A stretch of 64,000 bases of DNA. Source: Octopus sinensis (taxonomy: Eukaryota). This document shows, one piece after another, positions 1-12,933 of this stretch. The stretch is taken from assembly GCF_006345805.1 (NCBI RefSeq), contig NC_042999.1, positions 60,078,001-60,142,000 on the forward strand, read 5' to 3'. Below the pieces are notes generated by a model, which was not told the origin of the DNA, made no database searches, and saw only the letters and a list, made by a program, of their open reading frames with translations. Position numbers and translations under genes: made by a program. How positions within the stretch are numbered: position 1 is the first letter of the stretch; the number at the start of each line of letters is the position of its first letter.

Positions 1-46
<46 letters not shown>

Positions 47-47
47 G
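1..47. repeat. (CTAT)n microsatellite
   Basis: Perfect ctat tandem array at the window start. Confidence 0.95.
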
Positions 48-1465
48 TCTGTATTTATTCTACACCGGTATCGAGTCCTATATTCAGTTAATAATTTTCA
101 TCGATTGTATGTATATATAAATATTAATTTTATTAATGTCTAATTATATACACATGCGCGTGCGCGCACACACACACACACACACACTCTGTCTCTCTCT
201 CACACGGGCACGCATTCTCACGACGGACAAGCAGATAGATTTATAAAAACATGAGTGAATATACGTCTGTATAATCATACGTTATTTGCATTTTTCTGTG
301 TATATAATAAATATGTTGGTGATATATACGTGCTGGCTAAGCAAGCAGAGAATAGATACAGGCATGCGCATAAATATGTAACAGAATGGACAGCCAGACA
401 GATTTATAGACACAGTTAGTGGTTACATAAGAGCCTCTAGATGATTACATAAACCGGTCATGTTTGCGAATTTATGTTTAGGTTTCTCGTCTGCTTGTGT
501 GCGTACACATTAATCTCTATGTTTATGTATATATATTTGTCTGAGAGAGACAGAGAGGTTAGAGAAGATCGTTTTTCAGTCACTAGGTGTCGTTTTCAAT
601 CTCACTCTTTGCCATATTAGGTAGGGGTTATTTCGTCGTAGCCTAAGGTCTTTGTGAATGAAATTACGAGATGGAAATAATGTGTAAATCAATTGGAAGG
701 GTTGTGGCTTTAATGTAGACATCGAACCTTTTCATTTAATGTCAACCTGAAGGGGATTGCGAAATATTTAACCATTTAAACGTTAATTCAGTGACCTCCA
801 TTAATTCAGCAACTGAATCTACCATGAACAGGATTTGCAGACGATATCCATTATATGCATAAATGCTTGTGTGTATACTTATGTATGTATATGTCTGTAT
901 ATATATATATGAGTCTGTATATATATATATAAGCAAAACATTCAAACAGTATATATATATATATATAAGCAAAACAGTCAAACAGTATATATATATATAT
1001 ATATATATAACACAAAGTAAGTTAGGTGGGGGCTATGGGTGTAACCCACTAAGGGATAGTATTTATCCAATATACTGTTGGCAAAATACCCAGATTCTTA
1101 ATACATAAATGTTTTTAATTGCAATGCAATTAACTCATTTATTGTATTAAACGGGTGAAGGTAAAGAAATATTTTTACCGTTAATTTATAATACAAATGA
1201 GAAAATGGAGAAACAAATTTAGTTTGTTCATCAACTTTCGGATAATAGAATGCTGGATTATTTATTAATTTAAGAAAATGAGAACCTTAATAGCATACAT
1301 ATATATCTTATAATTCAATACATATAAGATAAGAATACAAATTATAAAAATCATAATATAAATTATTGAAATCATTAAAATCACTTCTTACAGCTATGCA
1401 TATGTATATGTATATGCATATGTCTATGCATATGTCTGTCTATCTATGTCTATGTCTATGTCTAT

Positions 1466-1513
<48 letters not shown>

Positions 1514-1539
1514 TTAATCCTAACATGAGAACACAAAGA

Positions 1540-1703
1540 GAAAACACAACGCGAGGATGTGGAACAAGGATAGTGTTATGGGACGCCCAGGAAAGGAAAG
1601 AAAGAAGGAGGATTTAACGTTTCGAGCGGAGCTCTTCGTCAGAAACATAGAAAAAGGAAAGATCCAAGGAAGGAAAGGCGGCTGGAAAAAAATCGCCAAC
1701 GAT

Positions 1704-1705
<2 letters not shown>
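1540..1705 (-). mobile_element. Solo Penelope-like terminal repeat (pLTR) fragment carrying a hammerhead motif
   Basis: Contains the minimal hammerhead at 1613-1645. Minimal HHRs are a known hallmark of Penelope-like pLTRs. Ends approximate. Confidence 0.55.
1613..1645 (-). ncRNA. Minimal type-I hammerhead ribozyme motif
   Basis: Minus strand reads ttt-CTGACGA-A-GAGC-tcc-GCTC-GAA-ACGT-T-aaa: canonical core, 4-bp stem II, palindromic ACGT stem III, GUU cleavage triplet, 3-bp stem I. Confidence 0.75.
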
Positions 1706-1734
<29 letters not shown>

Positions 1735-1867
1735 CACCAACTCATATATATATATATAAACACCTTCCAGCACACGATCTCAGATCAGGTCACTTGCTAT
1801 GCAAGTACATCTCCGTTTATATATATATATGTATGTATGTATACATATATTCTTTTATTCTTATATT

Positions 1868-2260
1868 TGTTTCAGTCATTTGAGTGCGGCCATATTGGAG
1901 AACCTCGTTGATGGGCTTTTAGTCGAACAAATCGACCCCAGGACTTATTTTGTAAAGCCTAGAACTTATTCTATCGTTTTCTTAAACACATTAACACGGG
2001 TTGTCAAGCGGTGATGGAGGGGGTGGTGCTTCAAACACCGACACAAAGACACGTACGTACGTACGTACATACATACATACATACATACATACATACATAC
2101 ATACATACATACATACATACATACATACACGTACTTCTTTCAGTTTCCGTCTACAAAATCCATTGGCTCGTGGCTATAAGAGAAGACATGGAGTGAGACT
2201 GAACCCGGAACCATGTAGTTGGGAAGCAAGCTTCTTACCACACAGCTACTCCTGCACCTA
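1868..2260 (-). mobile_element. tRNA-derived SINE, family B (head aggcgcaggagtggctgtgtggtaag, internal microsatellite, tail gactgaaacaagtaaaagag)
   Basis: Matches other copies in the window (34133, 42179, 46662, 62045); A/B-box-like head. Confidence 0.85.
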
Positions 2261-2299
2261 TGTGAATATATCTTATTGTTTATGAATATAACTGAATCA

Positions 2300-2550
2300 T
2301 TTTACATAGCCGAACACGAAGTAAATAAAGCTATAAACAAGGTGTAAAAGATCGGGCTTTAAAAAAAAGCCATTGGATGGAAAAAAAAGTTGAAAGCTGC
2401 CCGTGGGACACGAACCCACATTTCTGAATATAAGATACGTCTTACAATTTCTCGTTCAAGTTAAGAAACTTTGTTCTTCGACTTTTTCCATTAACGGTTC
2501 CTTTCTACGATACATTTTTATTTATAGCTTTATCTGCTTCGAGTTCAGTA
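2300..2550. mobile_element. Degenerate MITE-like element with inverted termini
   Basis: ccgaacacgaagtaaataaagctataaacaa near 2300 is an imperfect inverted copy of tttatttatagctttatctgcttcgagttcag near 2520-2550. Confidence 0.35.
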
Positions 2551-2635
2551 ATTAAAACAATTCATGTCATATTTCATATTTCTCGAATTTTCTAAATTTT
2601 CATGACGTAAACAAATTAAGCTTTAAATCTTTTAT

Positions 2636-3009
2636 CTGTTTCAGTCATAAAACTGTGGCCATACTGGGGCACCATCTTGAAGAATTTAAGTGAAACAAAT
2701 CGATCCCAGTACTTCGTTTTTATAAGCCTGGTACATAATCTATCGGTTTCTCTTGCCGAACTGCTATGTAGTCCAACACATGTTGCCAAGCGGTGATGGG
2801 GGGCAAACATAAACACGACACGACACACACACACACACACACATTCACATTCACACACATTCACACACATTCACACACACGCACATATAATCCCACGAAC
2901 GTTTACCAAATATGCTATAGCAGAAGACATTCACCCAATATACCGCGCAGCAGGACTGAACCAAGCGCCAAGTGATTCGGAAGCAAGCATCTTACCACAT
3001 AGCCACGCC
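2636..3009 (-). mobile_element. SINE family B, diverged copy
   Basis: Similarity to other family B copies. Confidence 0.75.
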
Positions 3010-3102
3010 AATATTTTTATCGATAGTCTTCTGTTTGTATAACAACCCCACTTTTTTTGGCAGGGAAACATATTTTTATATTTATGTGTGTCTGTGTTTG
3101 TC

Positions 3103-3202
3103 NNNNNNNNNNNNNNNNNNNNNNNNNNNNNNNNNNNNNNNNNNNNNNNNNNNNNNNNNNNNNNNNNNNNNNNNNNNNNNNNNNNNNNNNNNNNNNNNNN
3201 NN
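3103..3202. other. Assembly gap (100 N)
   Basis: Run of n characters. Confidence 1.
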
Positions 3203-3291
3203 CAAATATATATATATACACACACACACACACTAGCTATATGTATATGTAAATCTCTCTCTCTCTCTCTCGCCTCTCTCTCTCTAAATAT

Positions 3292-3322
<31 letters not shown>

Positions 3323-3490
3323 CTATATATATATGATTAGATAGATAGAAAGGGAAAAGAAAAGAGAAAGGGGGAAAGAAAAGGAGAGCATGTAAGGGAA
3401 AGAGCATAAGATTGAGAGATAGGAAGTATTTCTAGTGTGTATGTTTGTATAAAGATATGTATACCCCTTATATATATATGTGTGTGTATG

Positions 3491-3536
<46 letters not shown>

Positions 3537-3574
3537 CGTAGGATTGGCTGTATGGTAAGAAGCTTGCTTCCGGT

Positions 3575-4690
3575 ATAGCGTTTGTCAGTTGGATCGTTGG
3601 TTTTACGAGTAACACACGTGCATTTTGTTTTGCTGCCTTAGAGGTGCGATGTTTCCCTCTTGTTTAATGGAGGGGTGTCGGGTAAGGAATTGGGAGGAAT
3701 TGAATTATTCAGATTTTGTGAACTATCCTTCTTCAGACTTTCTGTGGTCTGAGGAAGAATTGATGAGGTGTTTGGATAGAATCGATGAAAAAATGGAAAC
3801 GAAGAATTACGTAGAGACGGCGAAGGAAAAAAACCCCGAAGAAGTGTGTCTGGAGGGATTGGGTAAATTCAAGAAAACCTTAAAAGGGAGGGCAACGAAG
3901 TGAAGGCGTTCCTTCCCAAAGAAATTTTATAGGATAACCAAGAAAAAAACAATTATTTACAGGACGTGCTCTGTAGCAACCAGGAAAATAGGCGCAGGTT
4001 GCAAAGGTATTTAGACCAATCTGGTAAAGAATTTCCTACCTTGCCAGAGAAAAAAAGTTTGGAACAATGAGGGTGCAACTCCGGGAGGTAGCTACCGCTA
4101 GGTTGCACTCAGCAACACTGTGAAAAGGAGACGAAGTGGTGCTTCTGTCTGTATACCTTGGGAGACGTGCTTCCATAGTTAGTGTAGAAGACATACCCCC
4201 AGAGGTGGATGTAACCTGGATGGTAGCTGCCATACTGCTAGGCATGGAAGAGTAGATGGTGGTCCTCCAGGCCACCAAAACACCTCACAGGAACTGGCAA
4301 GGACAAAGCCCCGATATGGTAGTAAAAGCTGCAGAGGAAGATATTGAAAATATGGTAGAGACAATCACAGTTGGAGAGGTAACACTCAGAGTTAGAGTGG
4401 AAGGAAGGAACCCGCGGTGCTATAAATGTGGCCTAAAAGGCCACATTAGAGCGAACTGTCCTCCACCATACGTGAAGGCTAAAGAGAAACATGAAAGCAA
4501 GAAGAAAATTGTGACTTCACCACCGACGAAGACAAGTAATATCATCGAGGAGGAATAAAGGAGCGAGGAAAGGAACGGATGGGAAGCGGCTGAGAAGAAA
4601 AGAAGAAAGAGAAGAAAAAGAGTACGTGTTGTAAATGACGACCCCCTCCCCATACCGACTCGACTGACACCACTCTACCCAAACAACTCC
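3575..4690 (+). pseudogene. Decayed L1/Tx1-type ORF1 (Gag-like, single CCHC zinc knuckle) of a non-LTR element
   Basis: Translated pieces ...IPPEVDVTWMVAAILL...VEGRNPRCYKCGLKGHIRANCP with stops and frameshifts. Homologous to the ORF at 17343-18668. Abuts a truncated SINE B head (3533-3572). Confidence 0.7.
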
Positions 4691-4727
4691 CTACAGACAC
4701 ACACATTATATGTATATGATATATATA

Positions 4728-4776
<49 letters not shown>

Positions 4777-4859
4777 ATATAACAATTGCAGCGTGGAAGG
4801 TGTTTATAAGCATTTAAGAAACCCACAAAAGCCGTTCAATCACTTCACATTTAAGTTAA

Positions 4860-4909
4860 TTTGTCAAAATATTTTCGTCGCTAAAATCCGCGACCTGTTC
4901 ACTGACAAA
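4860..4909 (-). ncRNA. Variant type-I hammerhead ribozyme motif (G3-C8 core) in a Penelope-like terminal repeat (about 4785-4930)
   Basis: Minus strand reads tttgtca-GTGAACA-G-GTCGC-ggatttta-GCGAC-GAA-AATATT-T-tgacaaa: 7-bp stem I, 5-bp stem II, palindromic stem III, C3/G8 swapped to G3/C8. Confidence 0.65.
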
Positions 4910-4926
4910 AATCCGTGCTGCATCTC

Positions 4927-4994
<68 letters not shown>

Positions 4995-5108
4995 GAATTA
5001 GAGAAAAACCACGATTATGTAATTCAAACAATATATATATTTATATTGTGAAATTTGATTTAATACTAAATTCAATTTTTCCCTGTAAGTTTGGAGTTAT
5101 ACTCCCTA

Positions 5109-5178
<70 letters not shown>

Positions 5179-5185
5179 GTTATTG
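5109..5185. repeat. (TTA)n microsatellite
   Basis: Direct reading. Confidence 0.95.
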
Positions 5186-5504
5186 ATATTATATATATAC
5201 ATATCTATATATATACACATACATACAAATATATACTTATACACATATATACATGTATATGTGATGTGTGTGTGTTTATAGGGGATAAATTGTGCGATAG
5301 CTATTGTTTTGATAGAAACATGTGAAGATAGAAACATGTGAAAATCATGTGAAGTATGAAGTATCATATGAGTTACAATTAGTAAATTAATTAAATATTT
5401 AATTAATCAACGTCAAACGTTTTTCAAGAAAGCATTTTGCTTGTTTATTAAAACACACGCATCACTGTAGCTACGTCTATATTTTAATTTTGCAGATCAA
5501 GGAT

Positions 5505-5510
5505 TGTCCG

Positions 5511-5577
<67 letters not shown>
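5505..5577. repeat. (CTA)n microsatellite
   Basis: Direct reading. Confidence 0.95.
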
Positions 5578-5654
5578 CGATGGATTGCCAGTTTTCTTTT
5601 TATTATCGCTGCTATCTTTAGCAGGTCGAACAACGTATAAGCGCCTTCATTGTC

Positions 5655-5848
5655 TCTAGCCGTATTTCGTCTGCCGTTACGTTCTCTGTTCAAATTCCGC
5701 CGAGGTCGACTTTGCCTTTCATCCTCTCGGGATCGATAAATAAAGTACCAGTTTCGCACTGGATCGATGTGTAATCGACTTAATCCCTTTGTCTGTCCTT
5801 GTTTGTCCCCTCTATGTTTAACCCCTTGTGGGTGGTAAAGAAATAGAT
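5655..5848 (+). mobile_element. SINE family A, long-tail subfamily (tail gtttgtctgtccttgtttgtcccctct...ccccttgtggg..gtaaagaaata), 5' incomplete
   Basis: High similarity to 16555-16780 and 53630-53863. Confidence 0.85.
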
Positions 5849-6174
5849 TTGTGTTACGTGGTAAAATCGCTGTTATCAACTTGCTGTCATGAAAGTCCGT
5901 AAAAACGGAAGAAAATCAGTACAAAATGGACGCATAGTCTCATATTCTCTCCTTTTAATACTGTGCTTCTGAACCGGGGTCCAATATGATTCTTCAGGCC
6001 CCATGTAAGATTTTGTTCTTAAAACCGATGTCCAATAAACTAGTTACCCTTCTACAATGCACAAAGTATTTTAACAATTTTTCTTATACTTTCCTAATAA
6101 TATGTTATTAAAAATGTACGATAAGGTTTCTTTTAAACATCGAATCACTACGAAGAGTCATATATATGCGTGCA

Positions 6175-6385
6175 TGCGTGTGTGTGTGTGCGTATGTGCG
6201 TGTGCGTGCGTGTGTGTGTGTGCGTGTGTATGCGTGTGTGTGTGCGTGTGTATGCGTGTGTGTGTGTGCGTTTGGGTGTGTATGTGTGTGCGTGCGTGCG
6301 TGTGTGTGCGTGCGTGTGTGTGTGCGTGCGTATGTGCGTGCGAGTGTGTGCGTGCGTGTGTGCGTGTGTGTGTGCGTGTGGTGTG
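6175..6385. repeat. Compound (TG/CG)n microsatellite
   Basis: Direct reading; explains the VCVC/HTHT ORFs. Confidence 0.9.
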
Positions 6386-6549
6386 TCCTCCACCGCTTGA
6401 CAACGATGTTAGTGTATTTACTTCCCCATAATTTAGCGATTAGGCGAAAAAGAACGATAATATAAATACCAGGCGTTAAAATAATGTAGTAAAACTTCTT
6501 CAAAAACGGTGCCCCAGCCTGGCTGGAATCTGATGCCCAATAAAAGAAA

Positions 6550-6586
<37 letters not shown>

Positions 6587-6954
6587 TATATAATATAATA
6601 TATAATGGGCTAACTATAGTTTTCAGCTACCATAAGTTATTGGTCGCCAGGGCTGCACAAGAAAACATTTGAACCAACATACCGCGATGTGAGACCGAAC
6701 CCAACGCCTTTTGTTTGCAAAACGAGCGTCTTACCCGCACTACCATGCCTAATAAAAACAATAGTACAAGGAAAAGCATCTAATCGTTACATCTACTCAC
6801 CAGCATTTGAAATGATGTACGGGTGTCACCCATGAAATACACTGTTGATGTGGTTCTTTGTCTCTGGACAGGTTCTGACTGAGCAGAGTTATGATCAAAA
6901 GTGTTCAAGCAGTTAGTCACTAGCTCATCTTTTTCTCCCAGGCAGACAGTGGGA

Positions 6955-7140
6955 CTATATTCTTTTATACTCTAGGTACAAGGCTCGAAATTTCGGTGGA
7001 GGGCGACAGTCGATTAGATCGATTCCAGTACGCAACTGGTACTTAATTTATCGACCCTGAAAGAATGAAAGGTAAAGTTGACCTCGGCGGAATTTGAACT
7101 CAGAACCTAAAGATGCTAATGTTTCTGTCAGCTCGCTTCC
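6955..7140 (-). mobile_element. SINE family A (short-tail type)
   Basis: Reverse complement of gagttcaaattccgccgaggtcaacttt...tcgataaattaagtaccag core. Confidence 0.75.
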
Positions 7141-7489
7141 TTTTAAAGTGAGACTATATTATTCATTCTATGACTCATTACTTCCCTTTAAATTGGTAAG
7201 ATCCCCAATATCAGGGAAATCTGGTTGTTATTTCTAGCAAGTGCCATTGACCACATTAATAGTCTCTCACTTTCTGTCTCTCTCACTTTCACACACACAT
7301 ACAACGCACATACACATACACACACATATACACTCATACACACGTACACACACATATACACACAAACACACACTGTCTTTCCCGCTCATTTGTTCGCCAT
7401 AAAACAAAGTTACATGTAAGCGAAGAAAACCGAAAAAGATGCATGCATTTGTAGTTGCACGCACATGGTTAAAAAATATTGACTTATAT

Positions 7490-7493
7490 ATAA

Positions 7494-7583
<90 letters not shown>

Positions 7584-7589
7584 CTATAT

Positions 7590-7624
<35 letters not shown>

Positions 7625-7630
7625 ATATAC

Positions 7631-7664
<34 letters not shown>

Positions 7665-7717
7665 ATATATTATATATATATATATATATTGTATATATTA
7701 TATATGTATATATATAT

Positions 7718-7767
<50 letters not shown>

Positions 7768-7970
7768 TGTATGTGTGTATACATGCGCAAGCACACACAT
7801 AATATATATATAAAACTTGGATGGTTTCGGCCATTATCAGCCCAAGCCATGACTAAATAGCACCATATAGATATATATATATATGTATGTAGTATGTATA
7901 ATATATGTATGTATATATATATATATATCTATATAGATATATACATACATACATATATATATTATATACT

Positions 7971-8014
<44 letters not shown>

Positions 8015-8030
8015 CATGCATATACACACA
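7490..8030. repeat. Long interrupted (TA)n tract
   Basis: Direct reading. Confidence 0.9.
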
Positions 8031-8956
8031 CACACATTCATATACATACATATAACATGAAACAAAATATCAGCGTTGAAGTGGCGCTCAGCTATTAAGC
8101 GGTTGAGGGAAATTTGCTTGCTCTTTCTAGCAGATGAATCCACCCTGTAAAGAGGTCTTTTGTTGAAGGTGTTACAAAACATGCACACAAACACGTGACC
8201 ACCCCGCACCCTCAAAACCCAGTACAATAGCATAACGAACGAATTGATGCAATTTTTATTGAACACAAAGGATAAATATCTGACAAGGTTTTTCGTTGGC
8301 ATGACACTTAGCAATTAAATGTATGTTTATTCTTTTTACATGGTGACAAAGCAAAACTCGTTTTTGGTCGGTTATTATTTAATCTGTTTGTTTGAAATGC
8401 TTGCGCATTGATTCACTCGGTTTTCAAGCAAGCATATCAGGGCTATACAATTTTTCAGTGCACATGAGCGGTCGACATTAACTGGATATTGACATAGCGT
8501 TGAGATTCAATCTCTAAGGTCGGAATTATCACATGCTGCGGAAGTTACTCTGTCACACTTAGTGTCATTTTGTATATTCAGATATTTAGAATTGGAAAAA
8601 AAAAACATCAATGCCCTTTTATGGAGACAAATAAAGGAGTTTTAAAAAAATGTAAAGAACTAAAAAGAAAAACAAATTGTTGTTGATAAAACGACATTGC
8701 TTATGATTTTGATTTTTATTTTCTTTTTTCTGGAACTGCAATTGTATACAAAGTTATCTGCATATCTCTGGGGAAATTCTAAAATCAAGACAAAGAACAC
8801 GAGAATTTGAGAAAAAAATGTAAAGCGAGAGAGAGAAAATGACAGGAGTGGGAATAAGAGGAGAGAGAAATAGAGAAAGAAAGAGAGAGTGAAAGAGAGA
8901 AAGAGAAAGAGAAAGAGCAAAAGAAAAAATGTCAATGGGTGAGAGAGTATAAGTTC

Positions 8957-9000
<44 letters not shown>

Positions 9001-10397
9001 GGAAAATAATGTGAATGCACTTCCACATTCACACCTATACACCATACCACACACACACAAATATATATATACATTGTCTGAGAGAGAATGAAGTTGGGAG
9101 AGAGAGAGGCCAGAGAGAGAGAGAGAGAGAGAGGGGAGATTGATAGAGAGAGAGAGAGAGAGAAAGTAAAAACAGTTGCAAAAACACAGTCATATAAGAA
9201 AACACAAACACATGCATATATGTATATATATACATATACCCCCCACACCGTATATATATGTATGTATATATATATATATATATATGTATATAATATATAT
9301 ATAATAATATATATATATATATATAAATATGTATAAATATATATGTATGCACATGTGTATGTATGTATGTGTGCGTGTGTGTGAGTGTTCATACTTGATG
9401 AGCACACATAAATAGAAGAAAACAGGAAAAAAGAATGTAATGTAAATATCTGATGTAAGAGAGAAAAAAAAATTGCATGTGATTGGTTATGGCGTATTCA
9501 AACAGATGTGCAAGTACAAACAAGCACAAACACACACATGTTCACCTATATATATATATATATGTAGACGTACCTTCAATACCTTCATATACAGACATAC
9601 ATACATACGCACACGTACACACATGTGGTTCAGTTTTATGTGTTACTGAGTGCAGGTTAACGTCTCGTGCTTGTGATGATTTAGTTATTCAACTGCCGAA
9701 GATCAATAACATGAATGAATATATTTTCACAGTTAGTGTATGTCTATTGAGTTCTTGCATGTCTAGAGTATGGAAATCTTCTCACCAATGTTTTGTAACA
9801 TGAGAAAAAACAGCAACAACAACAACAAAAGAAAAACGATAAAATAAGATAATGATAGCATTTATTTGATCTTTCGTTTGGCACTCGATTTTATTTGGAC
9901 ATCTCCACTGCGATTATGCTAAATAACGTTATTTATGCGTATAATATCATGGAAAATGTCAACTATTGTAATTTTGTATACATAGGTAGAAATACATAGG
10001 TACTTGACCGGCTGGCAGTGATAGCCGTGTCTTCTAATCACGCACATGCTCTGTTGTTTCAAAATGCGAGAGTCTAATTGATAGCGTAGTGAAAGCGATA
10101 TGCTTTTTGATATCAAGACGCCGAAGCCACATCTGTAACACTTCGATTATGGATCTGCATGATCGTGGCTGACCAGGGTGTATCTAGAAAAAACGACAAA
10201 TACACATCCATTTAAGCAAAGACACATGCATTTAAACAAACACACATGCATGTTTTCGTTGGACTCTCCCATTGCCTCGGTGAATTAGCATTTAGCAAGA
10301 TGCTGGTGGGGCAGACTGAGTTCAGGGTTACTTTCTAGTCCTTCCTCATGGAGTTTTGGGAGAGTAGTGCAGCGCCTTAAGAGGGTACTAAGTTCAC

Positions 10398-10607
10398 ATC
10401 TAAACATAGAGGGGACAAACAAGGATAGACAAACGGATTAAGTCGATTACATAGACCCCAGTACATAACTGATACTTTATTTATCGACCCTGAAAGGCTG
10501 TAAGGCAAAGTCGACCTCGGCAGAATTTGAACTCAGAACGTAGCGGCAGACGAAATACCGCTAAGCATTTCGCCCAGCGTGTTAACGTTTCTGCCAGTTC
10601 GCCGCTT
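10398..10607 (-). mobile_element. SINE family A, long-tail subfamily
   Basis: Reverse complement of family A consensus seen elsewhere in the window. Confidence 0.85.
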
Positions 10608-10609
10608 TC

Positions 10610-10886
10610 TGTGGAAAACGAATATTGCGCTATGGCTACCTGTGTGCAGGAAAGGCTGAACATCTACCTATTCCTGCCCCTGTCACCTCTTTCCCTGTTA
10701 CCACTGGATTTTTGAAGAAAGTGTTATAATTGGTGCTCTTGGTTTCGTGAATAAATGCCTAAGTGACAATTTGGATAAGCTAGGGTTTTCACAAAAAGAA
10801 ATCAACCAGGTAGTTCGCTCATTACAAATACTATATGTGAATGGAACAGTAAAAATATGTAAGACTTTTCTCAAGTTTAAAATGTG
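10610..10886 (+). mobile_element. 3' end of an R4/Dong-like non-LTR retrotransposon (REL endonuclease C-terminus)
   Basis: Translates to ...IIGALGFVNKCLSDNLDKLGFSQKEINQVVRSLQILYVNGTVKICKTFLKFKM*, matching the G.LG...L..LG...GT.KI C-terminal pattern. Confidence 0.6.
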
Positions 10887-11630
10887 AATTTGTTTTTGTT
10901 GTTTACATTCCAACGATGGAGATTTACATTCTTGTTAGAGACCAGCTTTTTCCTCAGAGGAAGATTTCAAATAATTATAAGCAGAAAAGAACAAACATAC
11001 GTGCATGCATACATACATAATTTAAATTCCAGTTGCTCTGCCTTTCCATGTAAAATTCTTGTAGAATTAGTACAGGTCTTGATTTAATTCAAATGCCCAC
11101 TGGAATTTCCTCCGATAACTCCTCAACTGCGATAACTTTCCAGTTTTCCTGTTTGTCTGTCTGTCCTTGTTTGTCCCCTCTGTGTGTAGCCCCTTGTGGG
11201 CAGTAAAGAAATAAGAAACAGTGTTAAAGACTGTTGCATATATGTATGTGTTTGAGTGTGTGTATTTGTGTTTGTATTTGCCCCTCCCCCACTACTGCTT
11301 GGCTATTAGAGTAGGTTTGTTTACGTTACATCCCATAACTTCGCAGTTCAGCAAAAGATATTGATGGAATAAGTACTTAACTTAAAATAAGTACTGGGGT
11401 ACGATTTGTTAGACTAAATCCTTGTGGCTCCAGCGTAGCCACAGTTCAATGAAGGAAGCAAGTAAAAGATAAAAATAGACAAGGCAAAAGACAATATCAG
11501 TACTCGAAATATGTTTTTTGTTTCCTTTAAAATCATCATCATGTATTAATCTACGTTGACCTAAGCTTACTTAAACATTAAACACGGTGCTGCTGTGTAT
11601 TTCATACGTTAGAAGTGATTCGTTATATTC

Positions 11631-11680
<50 letters not shown>

Positions 11681-11684
<4 letters not shown>

Positions 11685-12229
11685 GACCTGATGCAGTTCC
11701 AGACTGTGGCTCTCAAAGCTTCTGATCTTAATTGATTGGGAGTATTATCATATACAGTGTTTTGTCTTGCTATAAAAGATGGGCTACAGCAGATGTTCTG
11801 CTCAATACCACAGATTTGCTCGCCAGTTGTTTGATCTTAACTAGTTGAGCATGTTCCTTAGTGGCTGACGATATGTGCATCTCTGATCACGAGCAGAAGT
11901 AGTGGGGAACATCATAGCCAAGTGTTGAGAGGAGTTCTTTGGGGTTTGGATAATTCACCTTTGGTAATGTGAGTGTTTTGTTCAATATCCTTAAACAACC
12001 CATATTCAGGGACCTTTTCACCAGGATGGGCTACTCGACCTGAAAAAAATTCTAGCTGAGCCCCACCTGCAAGGTCATGCACTGTTTAACTTGATACTAA
12101 GTCACGCAGATAAGGTTGTGATGCATGTGCCTGGTGTTCCCTTATCAGACGGGTAGTCATGATGGGTATACAGGGCTTCAGATATGTTGCCCCAGAGTCA
12201 GTTTGGTGGCATGCATTGATCTCTCACTC
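11681..12229 (+). mobile_element. Family F: about 550-bp non-coding element flanked by (TAA)n, apparently full length
   Basis: Four related copies in the window (11681, 12934, 60057, 62496), all ending in ctctcactc(aat)n. Confidence 0.8.
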
Positions 12230-12271
12230 AATAATAATAATAATAATAATGATGATGTTAATAATAATAAT

Positions 12272-12327
<56 letters not shown>

Positions 12328-12337
12328 TAATAATAAT

Positions 12338-12849
12338 ACTTACAACTGGTATGGACTTGACAGAGCAAACAAGCGGTAAGAACATAAACCATCGAAAATG
12401 ATAACGCAAAGATCCTATGGGATTTATAATTCAGTGCGACCAAGAGATAGAGAATAGGAAACCAGACATAGTGTTAATTGAGAAAGAAAGCAAACGATGC
12501 TGGATCACAGCTATAGCATGCCCAGCTGAAAACAAGTTAAGGAAGAAAGCAAAGTCGATAGATAATATGACAGGTTAGCTTGGGAGTTTAAGCAGTTTTG
12601 GTCGCTGTAAAAGGTGTTAGTAGTACCAATAATTGTCGGATCCCTTGGAACAATGAGTAAAAATCTTGAGAAGTACATGGAACAAATAGGGGCTGCAATA
12701 AAGGTGGAGCACTTGCAGAAAACAGCACTGTTTGGAACCGCTCGAATACTCCGGATGGTGCTCGAAAAATAGGGGTTGTTACCTTAGTTCACTGGTAGTG
12801 AACAGCTGGTATAGTAGTACATCTCCAGCGTTAGAAGCTGTGCAAAGAC
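12338..12849 (+). mobile_element. 5'-truncated R4/Dong-clade retrotransposon (REL endonuclease + 3' UTR + (TAA)n tail)
   Basis: Translates to ENDNAKILWD..IQCDQEIENRKPDIVLIEKESKRCW...VVPIIVGSLGTMSKNLEKYMEQIGAAIKVEHLQKTALFGTARILRMVLEK* (PD-x-D REL motif); embedded in (TAA)n. Confidence 0.85.
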
Positions 12850-12864
12850 AATAATAAAAATAAA

Positions 12865-12914
<50 letters not shown>

Positions 12915-12933
12915 TAATAATAATAATAATAAT

